Assembly (NCBI GenBank): GCA_963815115.1
Contig: CAWFFN010000009.1
Span: 256,001-320,000 of the forward strand
DNA from: an uncultured delta proteobacterium
Lineage (GTDB): Bacteria > Desulfobacterota > Binatia > DP-6
Length of the DNA stretch: 64,000 nucleotides
Direction of reading: 5' to 3'
A program made the translations under genes and the position numbers. The notes below the pieces were generated by a model. It searched no databases. It was not told where the DNA came from and saw only the letters and a program-made list of their open reading frames with translations. This document shows, in pieces, positions 30,636 to 41,714 of this stretch (position 1 is its first letter; each line of letters begins with the position of its first letter).

Positions 30636-31243
30636 TACGAAGAAACTCCGGGGCGGCGACGGGCGGGCCGCCTCTGGGCGATCGGCTCGGATGCCTCCAC
30701 CTCCTCGGTGCGAGGGGGACAGAGCGTGGTGTCGATCTGCATGCGGAGCTCCTTCAAGAACTCGAGATCCGCTTCGACCTGCTTGAGGCGCCGCGCCAGC
30801 AGCACCGGCAGTGGATTGTACTTGCCGGGCGCATTCGCGGCGGCGTCCTGGAGCGCATCGTCGTGTCGCCGCGCGAGCGCCTTGCCCTGCATCCAGAGCT
30901 CTTCTTGCCAGCGATCCAGGAGGCGCGTCAGGGCCTCTCGCGGAACGCGGTCGACGAAGAGGAGTCGCTCGCAGATCTCCTCGCTACCGCCTGACGACAC
31001 CAGCCACCGGTCGAACACCTGCGTGCCAGGGGTGGTGATCTGGTATGGAATCCGCCGCGGATCGGCTTCGGGGGGGTTCGTGCCGGTGCTGATCAATCCC
31101 TGGGTCGCGAGCCGGGCCAGCACACGGTAGAAGCTGCCCGCGCTCGCCTGGTTGCCTGATCGCGCTTTGTACTCGCTCATGAGCTGGTAGCCGTGGTGTG
31201 GCTGCCCGTCCCGAAGCAGTCCGAGGAGCATGTGCACGAACAT
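30635..31243 (-). CDS. PadR family transcriptional regulator
   Basis: LLGLL..HGYQL, GSFYRVLARL and RRIPYQIT winged-helix pattern. Confidence 0.85.
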   Translation of the reverse strand: MFVHMLLGLLRDGQPHHGYQLMSEYKARSGNQASAGSFYRVLARLATQGLISTGTNPPEADPRRIPYQITTPGTQVFDRWLVSSGGSEEICERLLFVDRVPREALTRLLDRWQEELWMQGKALARRHDDALQDAAANAPGKYNPLPVLLARRLKQVEADLEFLKELRMQIDTTLCPPRTEEVEASEPIAQRRPARRRPGVSS

Positions 31244-31337
31244 CGGCGTCCCCCTTCAGAGCCTGTGGTTCCCCTGCGGCTGACCTCGAGATCGCGGCAT
31301 CACCGACCTGCCTGCAGATAGTGTCACGTGGGCCGGG

Positions 31338-31354
31338 GTGTCAAGGATTACCTT
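31338..31354 (-). promoter_or_regulatory. Motif AAGGTAATCCTTGACAC (putative operator / -35 element), copy 2
   Basis: Minus-strand TTGACA - 18 nt - TATCTG upstream of padR; 15/17 match to 23360-23376. Confidence 0.55.
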
Positions 31355-31596
31355 TAGTTAGTCGCCCGGAGTGCGTGCACGGCACCGAATAGCGCGCGCT
31401 GCTCGCGAACGCTCCGCGCGCCGAGCGGCGCGGTATCTTCGAGTCGTCGGGTCCCGCATGACGCGGCGCGCGCGTGGAAGACCGGCGGCTTCCTCCGCGC
31501 AGAGATGGCCCTTCGGGCGGATTTACAGGTCCACCGCAGGACCCTATACTCCCGCCCCTCGCGAGGTGGGGTGGTGTGGTCGGGAGGATCAGAACG

Positions 31597-31947
31597 ATGT
31601 GGGAAGACGTGCGCATTTCGCTGGGTTCCGATGCCGAGGCGAGCGGTCGGCTCTCATTCGTCAGCCCGACTCGCATCGAGGGTAAGCTGAAGGGCGAGGT
31701 CCGGTCGTCCGATCTGCTCGTCGTCGGGCCGCAGGGCATGGTGCAGGCGACGGTGCGGGCCGACAAGCTGGTGGTGCTCGGCGAGGTCCGTGGCGAGGTC
31801 CTGGGCGCGAGCCGCGTGGAGATCTGCGCCGGCGGACGGCTCTTCGGCGACGTCGAGACTCAGAGCCTCGTCGTCCACGAGGGGGCCACCTTCGAGGGAC
31901 GCTCGCGGATGGCCGGCCAAGCCACTGCTGCAGCCGGCACGTCCTGA
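31597..31947 (+). CDS. Bactofilin (polymer-forming cytoskeletal protein)
   Basis: RIEGKLKGEV, LVVG..G.V and LVVHEGATFEG beta-helix repeats; GGGAGG SD. Confidence 0.9.
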   Translation: MWEDVRISLGSDAEASGRLSFVSPTRIEGKLKGEVRSSDLLVVGPQGMVQATVRADKLVVLGEVRGEVLGASRVEICAGGRLFGDVETQSLVVHEGATFEGRSRMAGQATAAAGTS

Positions 31948-31949
31948 TT

Positions 31950-33179
31950 CTAGCGCGGCGCGACGCGCCACGCGATGGCGAAGCTCGTCGCCAGCAGCAG
32001 CGCCGCCAGCAGGAACGGCGCGCCCGGCAGCTGCCAGTCCGTGCGCTCGCCGATGAACGCGGCGAAGGTGCCGGTGAAGAGCGCCGGCCCGATCATGAAA
32101 GCCACGCCCTGCAGGCCCGTGATCGCCCCCTGCAACCGACCCTGCTCCGTCGAGCCCACCTGCCGGGTCATGAGCGCCTGAGCAGCCGGGCCAGCCAGAC
32201 CCCACAACGCCAGGAGAGGAATCCCGGCGGAGAACACGGCGCCGGTCGACGCGAGTCCGTACACGGCGAAGCCGCTTGCCCCGAACGCCAGGCCGAGCAG
32301 CAGGCTTCGACGTTCGCCCAGGCGATCGACCACGACGCGCACGAGCCCCGCCCCGACGATGGCGCTCGAGACACCGACGGCGGCGAGAACGAGGCCCACG
32401 GTGCGGGTGTCCCAGCGGTATCGATAGTCCGTGTACAGCACGAAGATGCTGGGCTGAACCTCGTGGGCCACGGCGGAGACGAAGACGACGGCGGCGAGGC
32501 CGAGGACGTGCGCGTGGCCGCGAAGCAGGAGCAGCGCGCCCACGGGGTTCGCGCGTCGCCACTCGAAGGCCGCGCGTCGCTCCGCCGGCAGTGACTCGGG
32601 AAGGATGGCGAGGCCGTAGAGTGCGTTCGCCAGGCACAGCCCCGCGGCAATCCAGAACGGCAGGCGCGGATCGACGCTGCCGGCGAGCCCGCCCAGGGCC
32701 GGCCCCACCACGAAGCCCAGACCGAAGGCTGCGCTGATGAGGCCGAAGCCCGCCGCGCGTCGCTCGGCCGGGGTCACGTCGGCGATGTAGGCCCCCGCCG
32801 TGGTGTAGCTCGCTCCGCAGATGCCCGAGAGGACGCGGCCGACCAGCAGCCAGCTCACCGACGGGGCGAGCGCGATGATGATGTAGTCCAGGCCGAGGCC
32901 GAGGTTCGAGAGCAGGATCACCGGCCGGCGCCCGAAGCGATCGGAGAGCCCGCCGAGCAGCGGAGCGCACACGAACTGCATGCCGGAGTACATGGTGCCG
33001 AAGAGGCCGACGATTGCCGCCGCGGAAGCCGTGTTGCCGCCCTCGAACTCCAGCACCAGCTTGGGCAGCACCGGGGCGGTGATGCCCAGGGCGAGCATGT
33101 CGAGCGCGACCGTGACGAAGATGAAGGCCAGCGCGGCCTTGCGGACGGGTACCACGACCCCGGTGGTCGCGCCGTTCAT
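31950..33179 (-). CDS. TetA-like (TCR/Tet) MFS efflux transporter
   Basis: VALDMLALGITAPVLP, GGLSDRFGRRPV and LPESL motifs; about 12 TM helices. Confidence 0.88.
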   Translation of the reverse strand: MNGATTGVVVPVRKAALAFIFVTVALDMLALGITAPVLPKLVLEFEGGNTASAAAIVGLFGTMYSGMQFVCAPLLGGLSDRFGRRPVILLSNLGLGLDYIIIALAPSVSWLLVGRVLSGICGASYTTAGAYIADVTPAERRAAGFGLISAAFGLGFVVGPALGGLAGSVDPRLPFWIAAGLCLANALYGLAILPESLPAERRAAFEWRRANPVGALLLLRGHAHVLGLAAVVFVSAVAHEVQPSIFVLYTDYRYRWDTRTVGLVLAAVGVSSAIVGAGLVRVVVDRLGERRSLLLGLAFGASGFAVYGLASTGAVFSAGIPLLALWGLAGPAAQALMTRQVGSTEQGRLQGAITGLQGVAFMIGPALFTGTFAAFIGERTDWQLPGAPFLLAALLLATSFAIAWRVAPR

Positions 33180-33227
33180 GGCGGGGTGCCGCGAGCCGTC
33201 AACGATGGCGTCGGGTCGGAGCGTCCC

Positions 33228-33571
33228 TCATGCTGCCGGCGCCTCGATCACGCGCATCGCAGCCGGCGTCGGAACGATCCGCGCGACTCTGGGGCCCGCC
33301 GCCTCGAGGAGCGCGCGGTATTCCGATCCGGTGCGCGTGAGGTCGAACCTGCCGTCGCCGTCCACCGTGCGGAGCTCGATGGCGACGAGCGCGCGCATCA
33401 GCCGGTGCAGCGCACCGGGGTGCGCCCCCACGGCCGTTGCCAGGTCGGGCCGTCAGCCATCGCGAGACCGAGCGCGGCCGCGGTGTAGATCGTCTGCGGA
33501 ACCCACAGGCCCGTGATCATGCGCGCGAGCCGAAAGGGTGCGGGCAGGTCCGCCGGTATCTGCTGGGTCAT
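33228..33571 (-). pseudogene. O-methyltransferase (methyltransferase-2 family) remnant with internal deletion and frameshift
   Basis: N-terminal IYTAAALGLA...LHRLMRAL...GRFDLT dimerisation segment fused directly to C-terminal RTGSEYRALLEAAG...VIEA; AGGAGG SD retained. Confidence 0.75.
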
Positions 33572-33656
33572 CGCGGTCCTCCTCTTCGCGCGCGACGATA
33601 GCAGCGGGGCGGACGAGGGTCTTGGAGAAAAGTCAGGCGCGCCAGGAGACGGAACG

Positions 33657-33685
33657 GAGACCGCGGGACTTCGCGCCGCGGTCTC
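33657..33685 (-). terminator. Hairpin after rplS, probable terminator
   Basis: 10-bp perfect stem GAGACCGCGG/CCGCGGTCTC directly after the stop; weak U tract. Confidence 0.5.
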
Positions 33686-34060
33686 TCAGCCCTTGTTCGC
33701 TTCTTCGGTGGGCTTCTGGCGCACGTCCTCGGCGACGCGCGCCGCACGGCCCGAGCGCTCACGGAGGTAGTACAGCTTCGCCCGTCGAACCGCGCCGCGC
33801 ATCACGATCTCGACGCGCTCGATGCGTGGGGAGTGCACCGGGAAGATGCGCTCGACCCCGACCCCGTAGGACGTCTTTCGGACGGTGAACATCTCGCGAT
33901 TCGCACCGCCCGAGCGGCCGATCACCGTCCCCTCGAACACCTGGATGCGCTCCTTGTCACCCTCGACGACGCGGACGTGCACCCGGACCGTGTCACCGGG
34001 CCGGAATGCAGGGACGTCCTTGCGCAGCTGCTCGGCCTCGATGCGGTCGATCGGGGTCAT
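33686..34060 (-). CDS. rplS: 50S ribosomal protein L19
   Basis: [18 protein letters not shown] and [10 protein letters not shown] motifs. Confidence 0.98.
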   Translation of the reverse strand: MTPIDRIEAEQLRKDVPAFRPGDTVRVHVRVVEGDKERIQVFEGTVIGRSGGANREMFTVRKTSYGVGVERIFPVHSPRIERVEIVMRGAVRRAKLYYLRERSGRAARVAEDVRQKPTEEANKG

Positions 34061-34074
34061 GGAAACGCATACCC

Positions 34075-34635
34075 TTAGCGTTCGCTGCGCAGCCGGTCAA
34101 GCATGATGGCTGCGGCGGCCCGGACGGAGAGGTGGTTGTAGGCGCCGGTGCCCTCGATGGGCTCGAGGACGTCGTGCGCGCGCGCCAGCATGTCGGCGGT
34201 GAGACCCCAGCCGGTGCCGAAGACCAGCAGCTCGGGGGGGCCGTCCGCGGCGAGGCGTGCGCGCAGCGCCCGGTGGTCGAGGCGATTCTCGCCGGGGCGG
34301 GCCGTGGTAGCCACCACGCGGGGCAGATGGCCGGTCTCGCGCTCGATGTCGGCGATCGCGTCGTCGAGCTCCGGCGCCTGGCGCACCAGCGCGAGAGCCT
34401 CCTTCCGGGTGGCGTTGTAGGTCGCGCCCGGACCCACCTCCCAGTGCCGGATGATGCGCGCCACGAGACGCCGGAGCGTGTCGACCGGCGTGCACACGTA
34501 GAAGCCGCGCGCTCCGAAGGTGCGCGCGAGGCGCGCGATGTCGTGCACGTCGAGGTTCGTGACCGCGGTGGTCACGACCTTTCCGGTCTTGTCGTAGACG
34601 GGGTAGTGGAGCAGGGCGAGGTAGAGATCAGCCAT
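34075..34635 (-). CDS. SPOUT-family RNA methyltransferase (TrmD-associated, TM1570-like)
   Basis: [24 protein letters not shown] and YNHLSVR motifs. Confidence 0.88.
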   Translation of the reverse strand: MADLYLALLHYPVYDKTGKVVTTAVTNLDVHDIARLARTFGARGFYVCTPVDTLRRLVARIIRHWEVGPGATYNATRKEALALVRQAPELDDAIADIERETGHLPRVVATTARPGENRLDHRALRARLAADGPPELLVFGTGWGLTADMLARAHDVLEPIEGTGAYNHLSVRAAAAIMLDRLRSER

Positions 34636-35368
34636 CGTGGTCCTGCCAGCCCAGCGAGCGCAGGAACGCGCGATCGGCGTCGTCCAGCTGCGCGCCGCGC
34701 AGCAGGTCGGGACGCCGCGTGAACGTCGTGCGGAGCGCTTCCCGTCGACGCCAGCGCCGGATCGCCTCGTGATCGCCGGAGCCGAGGATCTCCGGAACCT
34801 CGATTCCGCGGAACGCCCACGGCCGGGTGTACTGCGGATGCTCGAGCAGTCCCGTGGCGAAGGAGTCGTCCGGTGCCGAGGCCGTGTTGCCGAGGACCCG
34901 TGGCAGGTGGCGTACGATGGCGTCGAGGACGACGGCCGCAGCGAGCTCCCCGCCGCTCAGCACGAAATCCCCGATCGAGAGCTCCTCGTCGACGTACGCC
35001 GCGACGCGCTCGTCGACGCCCTCGTACCGGCCGCACACCAGCAGCAAGCTCGACTCGCGCGCCAGCGCTTCGGCCCGTCGCTGATCGAAGCGCGTACCAC
35101 GGGCCGCGAGCAGGATGCGCCGCGGATGCTCGGCCGCGGCCACGTGCTCGATCGCGCCGACCAGCGGGTCGGGCTTCATCACCATCCCCGGTCCGCCGCC
35201 GTAGGGGACGTCGTCCACCTGGAGGTGGCGGTTGGTGGCATAGTCGCGCAGCTGGTGCAGCGAGACCTCGAGCACGCCGAGCTCCCGAGCGCGCTTGAGC
35301 GGACCGACCGAGAGCACGCCGCCGAACACCTCGGGAAAGATGGTCAGGATGTGGGCGTGCAGCGTCAG
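34628..35368 (-). CDS. trmD: tRNA (guanine-N1)-methyltransferase; probable CTG start
   Basis: ILTIFPE, PYGGGPGMVM, CGRYEGVDER and SIGDFVLSGGE motifs; the conserved N-terminus lies upstream of the first canonical start (35329). Confidence 0.95.
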   Translation of the reverse strand: MTLHAHILTIFPEVFGGVLSVGPLKRARELGVLEVSLHQLRDYATNRHLQVDDVPYGGGPGMVMKPDPLVGAIEHVAAAEHPRRILLAARGTRFDQRRAEALARESSLLLVCGRYEGVDERVAAYVDEELSIGDFVLSGGELAAAVVLDAIVRHLPRVLGNTASAPDDSFATGLLEHPQYTRPWAFRGIEVPEILGSGDHEAIRRWRRREALRTTFTRRPDLLRGAQLDDADRAFLRSLGWQDHDG

Positions 35369-35916
35369 TCCAGCAGGCCGGGCAGCGGCTCGATGCGCAC
35401 GCGCCGTCCGGCCCGATCGATGGTGCGCACCACGTCGGCCACGACCGGGATCAGGTGCTCCCGCCCGCCGTCGCGCACCTCCCAGACGTCGTGCAGGCCA
35501 TTCGCCAGCGTCCCCGTGATGGTGCCGACCGTGGTGCCGTCGAGGGTCTCGACGGTGAAGCCGAGCATCTCGTGGTGATAGAACTCGCCGTCGGCGAGTG
35601 CGGGCAGATCGGCCTCGCGCACCAGCACGCGAGCCCCCCGCAGGGCTTCCGCCGCCGTGCGGTCGCTCACGCCGGCCAGGCCGATGAGGATGCCGCCGCG
35701 CCCGTGGGCCTGCGCGTGCGTGACCACGGCCTCACGCCAGGAGCCGCCTCGCTCGAGGAGCACGTGACGGCCCGGCGCGAGGCTCGGGGCGGGAGGCTGA
35801 TAGGGTCGGAGCCGCGCCAGCCCTCGCAGCGCATGGGCACCGACGATCTCGCCAACGGGCACCGCGCTCGGATCGGGGGTCGCGGCCGACCCCGGAAGCA
35901 CGGGACCGTCGAGCAT
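35365..35916 (-). CDS. rimM: Ribosome maturation factor RimM
   Basis: VGEIVGAHALRG, EFYHHEMLG and LIPVV motifs; operon position. Confidence 0.93.
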   Translation of the reverse strand: MLDGPVLPGSAATPDPSAVPVGEIVGAHALRGLARLRPYQPPAPSLAPGRHVLLERGGSWREAVVTHAQAHGRGGILIGLAGVSDRTAAEALRGARVLVREADLPALADGEFYHHEMLGFTVETLDGTTVGTITGTLANGLHDVWEVRDGGREHLIPVVADVVRTIDRAGRRVRIEPLPGLLD

Positions 35917-35919
35917 GCC

Positions 35920-36156
35920 TCACTTCTCCTCGATGATCTCGAGGACGACCTTGCGGTTGGTGCGGGACGCCACGGCGTTCAGGATGGTTCGGATCGACTT
36001 TGCAGTGCGGCCCTGCTTGCCGATCACGCGACCGATGTCTTCCTTGGCGACCCGCAACTCCAGCACGGACGTGGTGTCCGCCTGGGTTTCCTTCACCTCG
36101 ACCGCGTCGGGATGGTTCACCAGCTGCTTGGCCAGAAACAGGACCAGTTCCTTCAT
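35920..36156 (-). CDS. khpA: KH domain RNA-binding protein
   Basis: DIGRVIGKQGRTAKSIR; lies between rpsP and rimM. Confidence 0.92.
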   Translation of the reverse strand: MKELVLFLAKQLVNHPDAVEVKETQADTTSVLELRVAKEDIGRVIGKQGRTAKSIRTILNAVASRTNRKVVLEIIEEK

Positions 36157-36201
36157 GGGGCGCAGCTCCTCTTCGAGCCCCACGAGCCGGCGCGGCTGAG
36201 G

Positions 36202-36534
36202 TTACGCTGCCGGCACGGGCGGGTTGACGTCGGCCGCTTCCTCGGACGCTTCGTTGGTCGTCGTGTGGGGCGCCTCGGCGACCGCCTCACCGGAGGCTCG
36301 GCGGGTCGCCTTGTCGATCAGCTGCAGCACGGTCAGGCTCGGCTGCGCGCCCTTGGCTCGCCAGGCGGCCACCTTCTCGGTGTCGACCTGGAGCAGCTCG
36401 GGCGTGCGGGTGGGATCGTAGAGCCCGACCTGCTCGATGAACCGACCGTCGCGCGGCGAATGCGAGTCCGCGACGACGATGCGGTAGAACGGACGCTTCT
36501 TGCTGCCATGACGGGCGAGGCGGATCTTCACCAT
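36202..36534 (-). CDS. rpsP: 30S ribosomal protein S16
   Basis: [24 protein letters not shown]. Confidence 0.98.
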   Translation of the reverse strand: MVKIRLARHGSKKRPFYRIVVADSHSPRDGRFIEQVGLYDPTRTPELLQVDTEKVAAWRAKGAQPSLTVLQLIDKATRRASGEAVAEAPHTTTNEASEEAADVNPPVPAA

Positions 36535-36550
36535 CGGAGACTTCCCCTGC

Positions 36551-37885
36551 TCAGCGCGCGAGGCCGGGAGGGAGGCCTTGCATCATCGGACCCGAGCCGA
36601 GCTTTTTCAGAACTTTCTTGGTCTGGGCGAACTGCTTGAGCAGTCGATTCACGTCGGCCACCGACGTGCCGCTGCCGAGCGCGATGCGCTTTCTGCGGTT
36701 GGCGTTCAGGATGTGGATGTTGCGCCGTTCCTCTTTCGTCATCGAGTCGATGATCGCCTCGACGCGCTTCAGCTCGTGGTCGGCGTCACCCATGTCGGCA
36801 CCACGCAGCAGCTTCTTCACCCCCGGGATCATGCCGAGCAGCTCGGTGATCGAGCCCATCTTCCGCACGGTGCGGAGCTGGTCCCGGAAGTCCTCGAGGT
36901 CGAACGCATTCTTGCGCAGCTTCTTCTGGAGCGCTTCGGCCTGCGAGCGATCGTACGCTCGCTCGGCTCGCTCGACGAGCGAGAGCACGTCGCCCATCCC
37001 GAGGATGCGCGAAGCGATGCGATCGGGATGGAACGCCTCGAGGGCGTCGAGCTTCTCACCGGTCCCCGCGAACACGATCGGCTTGCCGGTGACGGAGCGC
37101 AGCGAGAGCGCGGCGCCGCCGCGCGCGTCGCCTTCGATCTTCGTCAGCACGATGCCCGAGAGCGGCAGGCGACGGAGGAATCCCTGCGCCGTCGCCACCG
37201 CATCCTGACCCGTCATGGCGTCGGCAACGAGCAGTATCTGGCGAGCATCGACGGCCGTGCGCATGCGCTCGAGCTCGGACATGAGCTCGTCGTCGACGGT
37301 CTGCCGGCCCGCCGTGTCGATGAGCACCGTGTCGGCGCCCTGCGATCGTGCGGCGGCGACGCCGCTGCGGGCCAGGCTCACGGGATCGGCACCGGCCGAG
37401 GCGGCGTGAACCGGGATCTCGATCTGCCTCCCGAGGGTCTCGAGCTGCTGGATCGCGGCGGGCCGGTAGACGTCGGCGGGAACGAGATACGGTCGCCGGC
37501 CACGCTCGTCGCGCAGGTGACGTGCCAGCTTGGCGGCGGTGGTGGTCTTTCCGGCGCCGTTCAGCCCGACCAGCATGACGACGACCGGTGACGGGCCGCC
37601 GAGATCGAGGGTGGCGGGCTTGTCACCGAGCAGCCGCTGGAGCTCGCGGTGGACGAGCTTGATGAAGTGCTGCTCGGGCGTGAGGCTGCGCAGTACGTCG
37701 GAACCGAGCGCGTCCTTCTTGACCGCCTCGACGAAGTCGCGCACGACGCCGACGTTGACGTCGGCCTCGAGGAGCGCCAGGCGGACGTCGCGGAGCGCGT
37801 CCTCGATGTTGCGCTCGGTGATCCGTCCCTGGCCCTGCAGCTTTCGCCACAGGCTCTCGAACTTCTCACCGAGTGATTCGAACAT
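36551..37885 (-). CDS. ffh: Signal recognition particle protein
   Basis: ALLEADV, GAGKTTT, DTAGR, RILGMGD and M domain. Confidence 0.97.
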   Translation of the reverse strand: MFESLGEKFESLWRKLQGQGRITERNIEDALRDVRLALLEADVNVGVVRDFVEAVKKDALGSDVLRSLTPEQHFIKLVHRELQRLLGDKPATLDLGGPSPVVVMLVGLNGAGKTTTAAKLARHLRDERGRRPYLVPADVYRPAAIQQLETLGRQIEIPVHAASAGADPVSLARSGVAAARSQGADTVLIDTAGRQTVDDELMSELERMRTAVDARQILLVADAMTGQDAVATAQGFLRRLPLSGIVLTKIEGDARGGAALSLRSVTGKPIVFAGTGEKLDALEAFHPDRIASRILGMGDVLSLVERAERAYDRSQAEALQKKLRKNAFDLEDFRDQLRTVRKMGSITELLGMIPGVKKLLRGADMGDADHELKRVEAIIDSMTKEERRNIHILNANRRKRIALGSGTSVADVNRLLKQFAQTKKVLKKLGSGPMMQGLPPGLAR

Positions 37886-37916
37886 GAGTAGTCAGATCTG
37901 CGCCGGAAAAGAGGGC

Positions 37917-37945
37917 ACGCTACTGGAGGCCGGTCAGGCTGTCAA
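37917..37945 (-). promoter_or_regulatory. sigma70-type promoter of the ffh operon
   Basis: Minus strand TTGACA - 17 nt - TAGCGT. Confidence 0.65.
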
Positions 37946-37955
37946 GAAACTGCCG

Positions 37956-37992
37956 AAAAAACAGGCACCCGGGCAATCGGCCCGGGTGCCTG
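37956..37992 (-). terminator. Rho-independent terminator of groESL
   Basis: 13-bp stem CAGGCACCCGGGC/GCCCGGGTGCCTG followed by six T on the minus strand. Confidence 0.9.
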
Positions 37993-38022
37993 CACATGCG
38001 ACCGTCGGGAACGAGGCGGGCG

Positions 38023-39977
<1,955 letters not shown>

Positions 39978-40152
39978 TGATGCTCCTTTCCTGGCTAAGT
40001 CGTTGAAAAGTCGAGGCCATCTCCAGCGGGGCATGCCCGGCGAGCCGGCCTGCAGGCAATTTTTTCCGGCGCCGCAAACTAACCGAGCATCCTCTCAAGT
40101 CAAGCGCCGAAGCGTGTCGGTGGGAGGGACGGCGGGACCGATCGGTTGTCGG

Positions 40153-40962
40153 CTAGCGCCTGCCGCAGCCGGCGAACAAGTCGGAGAGGCGGGCGAAGAA
40201 CCCGCGATGAGCGGATTCGTCGGTCAGGCGATAGAGACGGAAAGTCCCTTTGAACGAGATCGGGATCGGGAAGGGCGCCGAGGCGACCATCGCGCTGTCG
40301 AAGTTGCCCGTGTAGTCCTGGCCGGTCTGGTCCATCACCGAGTAGACCATCACCTGGCGGTTGAGCGGACCTGCCTTGGCGTCGAAGTCCCAGCGCTGCC
40401 GGACGACCCACTTGGAGTCCTTGGAGCGGGGCTCGTTCTTGATCGTGTCGTCGAAGGCGTCGAGCCCGGAGATGTCGGTCTTCACATGCGCGACGTGGCT
40501 GTCCGTCGACGGTAAGTTCGCCCAGCCGCTGGCAAGCTTGGCGAGGTCGTCGGCGGACGGCCGCCACAGCGTTGCGTCCGCGTTGCTCTTGTCGAAACCT
40601 TCCCTCATCGGCGAGGGCAGGCTGACGAACCGCTGCGTCAGCACCGGCTTGCCGTCCTTGGTCGTCACCTCCCAGAACATCGGGATGGTGGTCTGGCGGC
40701 CGCCGGGCAGCTCGAGCCACCCGAGGGCGAGCCAGCGACCGGTGAGATCGGGCACGGTGCCCTGGACGATCGTCTCCTGGACGAGCTGCCCGGGAGCGGC
40801 GGCTCCGGACGGTGCCGGCTGGGCGGCGGGCGCGGTCGGCGCTGGCTGTGCGGCGGGCGCGGTGGGCGCCTGCGGCGCCTCGTCGGCGGCCTGGGAGACC
40901 GCACCCGCGACGAGCGCGAGCACCGTCATCAGCGCTGGGAGGGGAGCGCACCGGGGTCGCAT
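40153..40962 (-). CDS. Hypothetical secreted protein with Ala/Pro-rich N-terminal linker
   Basis: Signal-peptide-like start, APTAPAAQP repeats, strong coding codon bias. Confidence 0.7.
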   Translation of the reverse strand: MRPRCAPLPALMTVLALVAGAVSQAADEAPQAPTAPAAQPAPTAPAAQPAPSGAAAPGQLVQETIVQGTVPDLTGRWLALGWLELPGGRQTTIPMFWEVTTKDGKPVLTQRFVSLPSPMREGFDKSNADATLWRPSADDLAKLASGWANLPSTDSHVAHVKTDISGLDAFDDTIKNEPRSKDSKWVVRQRWDFDAKAGPLNRQVMVYSVMDQTGQDYTGNFDSAMVASAPFPIPISFKGTFRLYRLTDESAHRGFFARLSDLFAGCGRR

Positions 40963-41070
40963 GGCGCGAGGGGCTCTAACAGGGGTCCCCGGAAGGGTCA
41001 AGTTTGAAGAAGCCCCCGGCGCGGCAATTTGACGGACATGCGACGCCGTGACGCAGGAGGACGGCCGCGC

Positions 41071-41343
41071 TCAGGACGTCCGGCCGCCCAGCTTCCGCCG
41101 TTCCTCTTCGTAGTACTTTCGGTAGAGGACGTCCCACTCCCGGCTGCCCGGCACCACCCGCTTGGGCATGCGGGCACGCGTGAGCTGGTCGAGGCGGCCG
41201 TCGACCGAGAAGGCGTCCGTCAGACCGCGCTTGGCCTCGTTCAGGAACAGGCGATCATTGCGGACCCGGCCGAGCTTCTCGTCGAGGATGCAGCGCTGCA
41301 GGGCGTGCGCCAGGAAGGAGAGCCTGCCTTCCGAAAGGTTCAC
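41071..41343 (-). CDS. DUF507 family protein
   Basis: VPGSREWDVLYRKYYEEE motif; tandem with a second DUF507 gene. Confidence 0.8.
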   Translation of the reverse strand: MNLSEGRLSFLAHALQRCILDEKLGRVRNDRLFLNEAKRGLTDAFSVDGRLDQLTRARMPKRVVPGSREWDVLYRKYYEEERRKLGGRTS

Positions 41344-41633
41344 AGCACGAACCCACGCGCCTTGGCGAGGCGCTGCTTCACGAGCTGCTCCACCCGGCGC
41401 AGGTCGAGGTCCTCGCGGCGCACGCCCGGCGCGCCCTGACGGACGAGCTTCTCGGCCTCGGCCATCGCGTCGCGCTCGATGGCCTCCTCGTCGTCGAAGT
41501 TCTTCGTCAGGAGCGCCACGAAACGCGCCTTCACGCGCTCCTCCGGAACGTCGAGCTCGACGACGTCGGCCTCTACCAGCCGGCGGACCAGAGCCTCGGC
41601 GACGCGGGTGACCTGCGCGGCGGACGGCCGCAT
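41340..41633 (-). CDS. DUF507 family protein
   Basis: C-terminal VKQRLAKARGFVL; GTGA overlap with the next gene. Confidence 0.78.
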   Translation of the reverse strand: MRPSAAQVTRVAEALVRRLVEADVVELDVPEERVKARFVALLTKNFDDEEAIERDAMAEAEKLVRQGAPGVRREDLDLRRVEQLVKQRLAKARGFVL

Positions 41634-41714
41634 CATTTCCGAACTAGACGGACGCTGGCGTTCTTGCAAGACTTCGTTGACACGCGCGGGGGGTGGCGAT
41701 AAGTGGGCGCGAGA

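Noticed and set aside
23360-31354. Inverted motif read as transposon terminal inverted repeats
   Set aside because: No transposase or target-site duplication seen; both copies contain TTGACA facing genes, which fits promoters or operators better
39978-40150. CIRCE operator upstream of groES
   Set aside because: No TTAGCACTC-N9-GAGTGCTAA match found; only a plausible sigma70-type promoter
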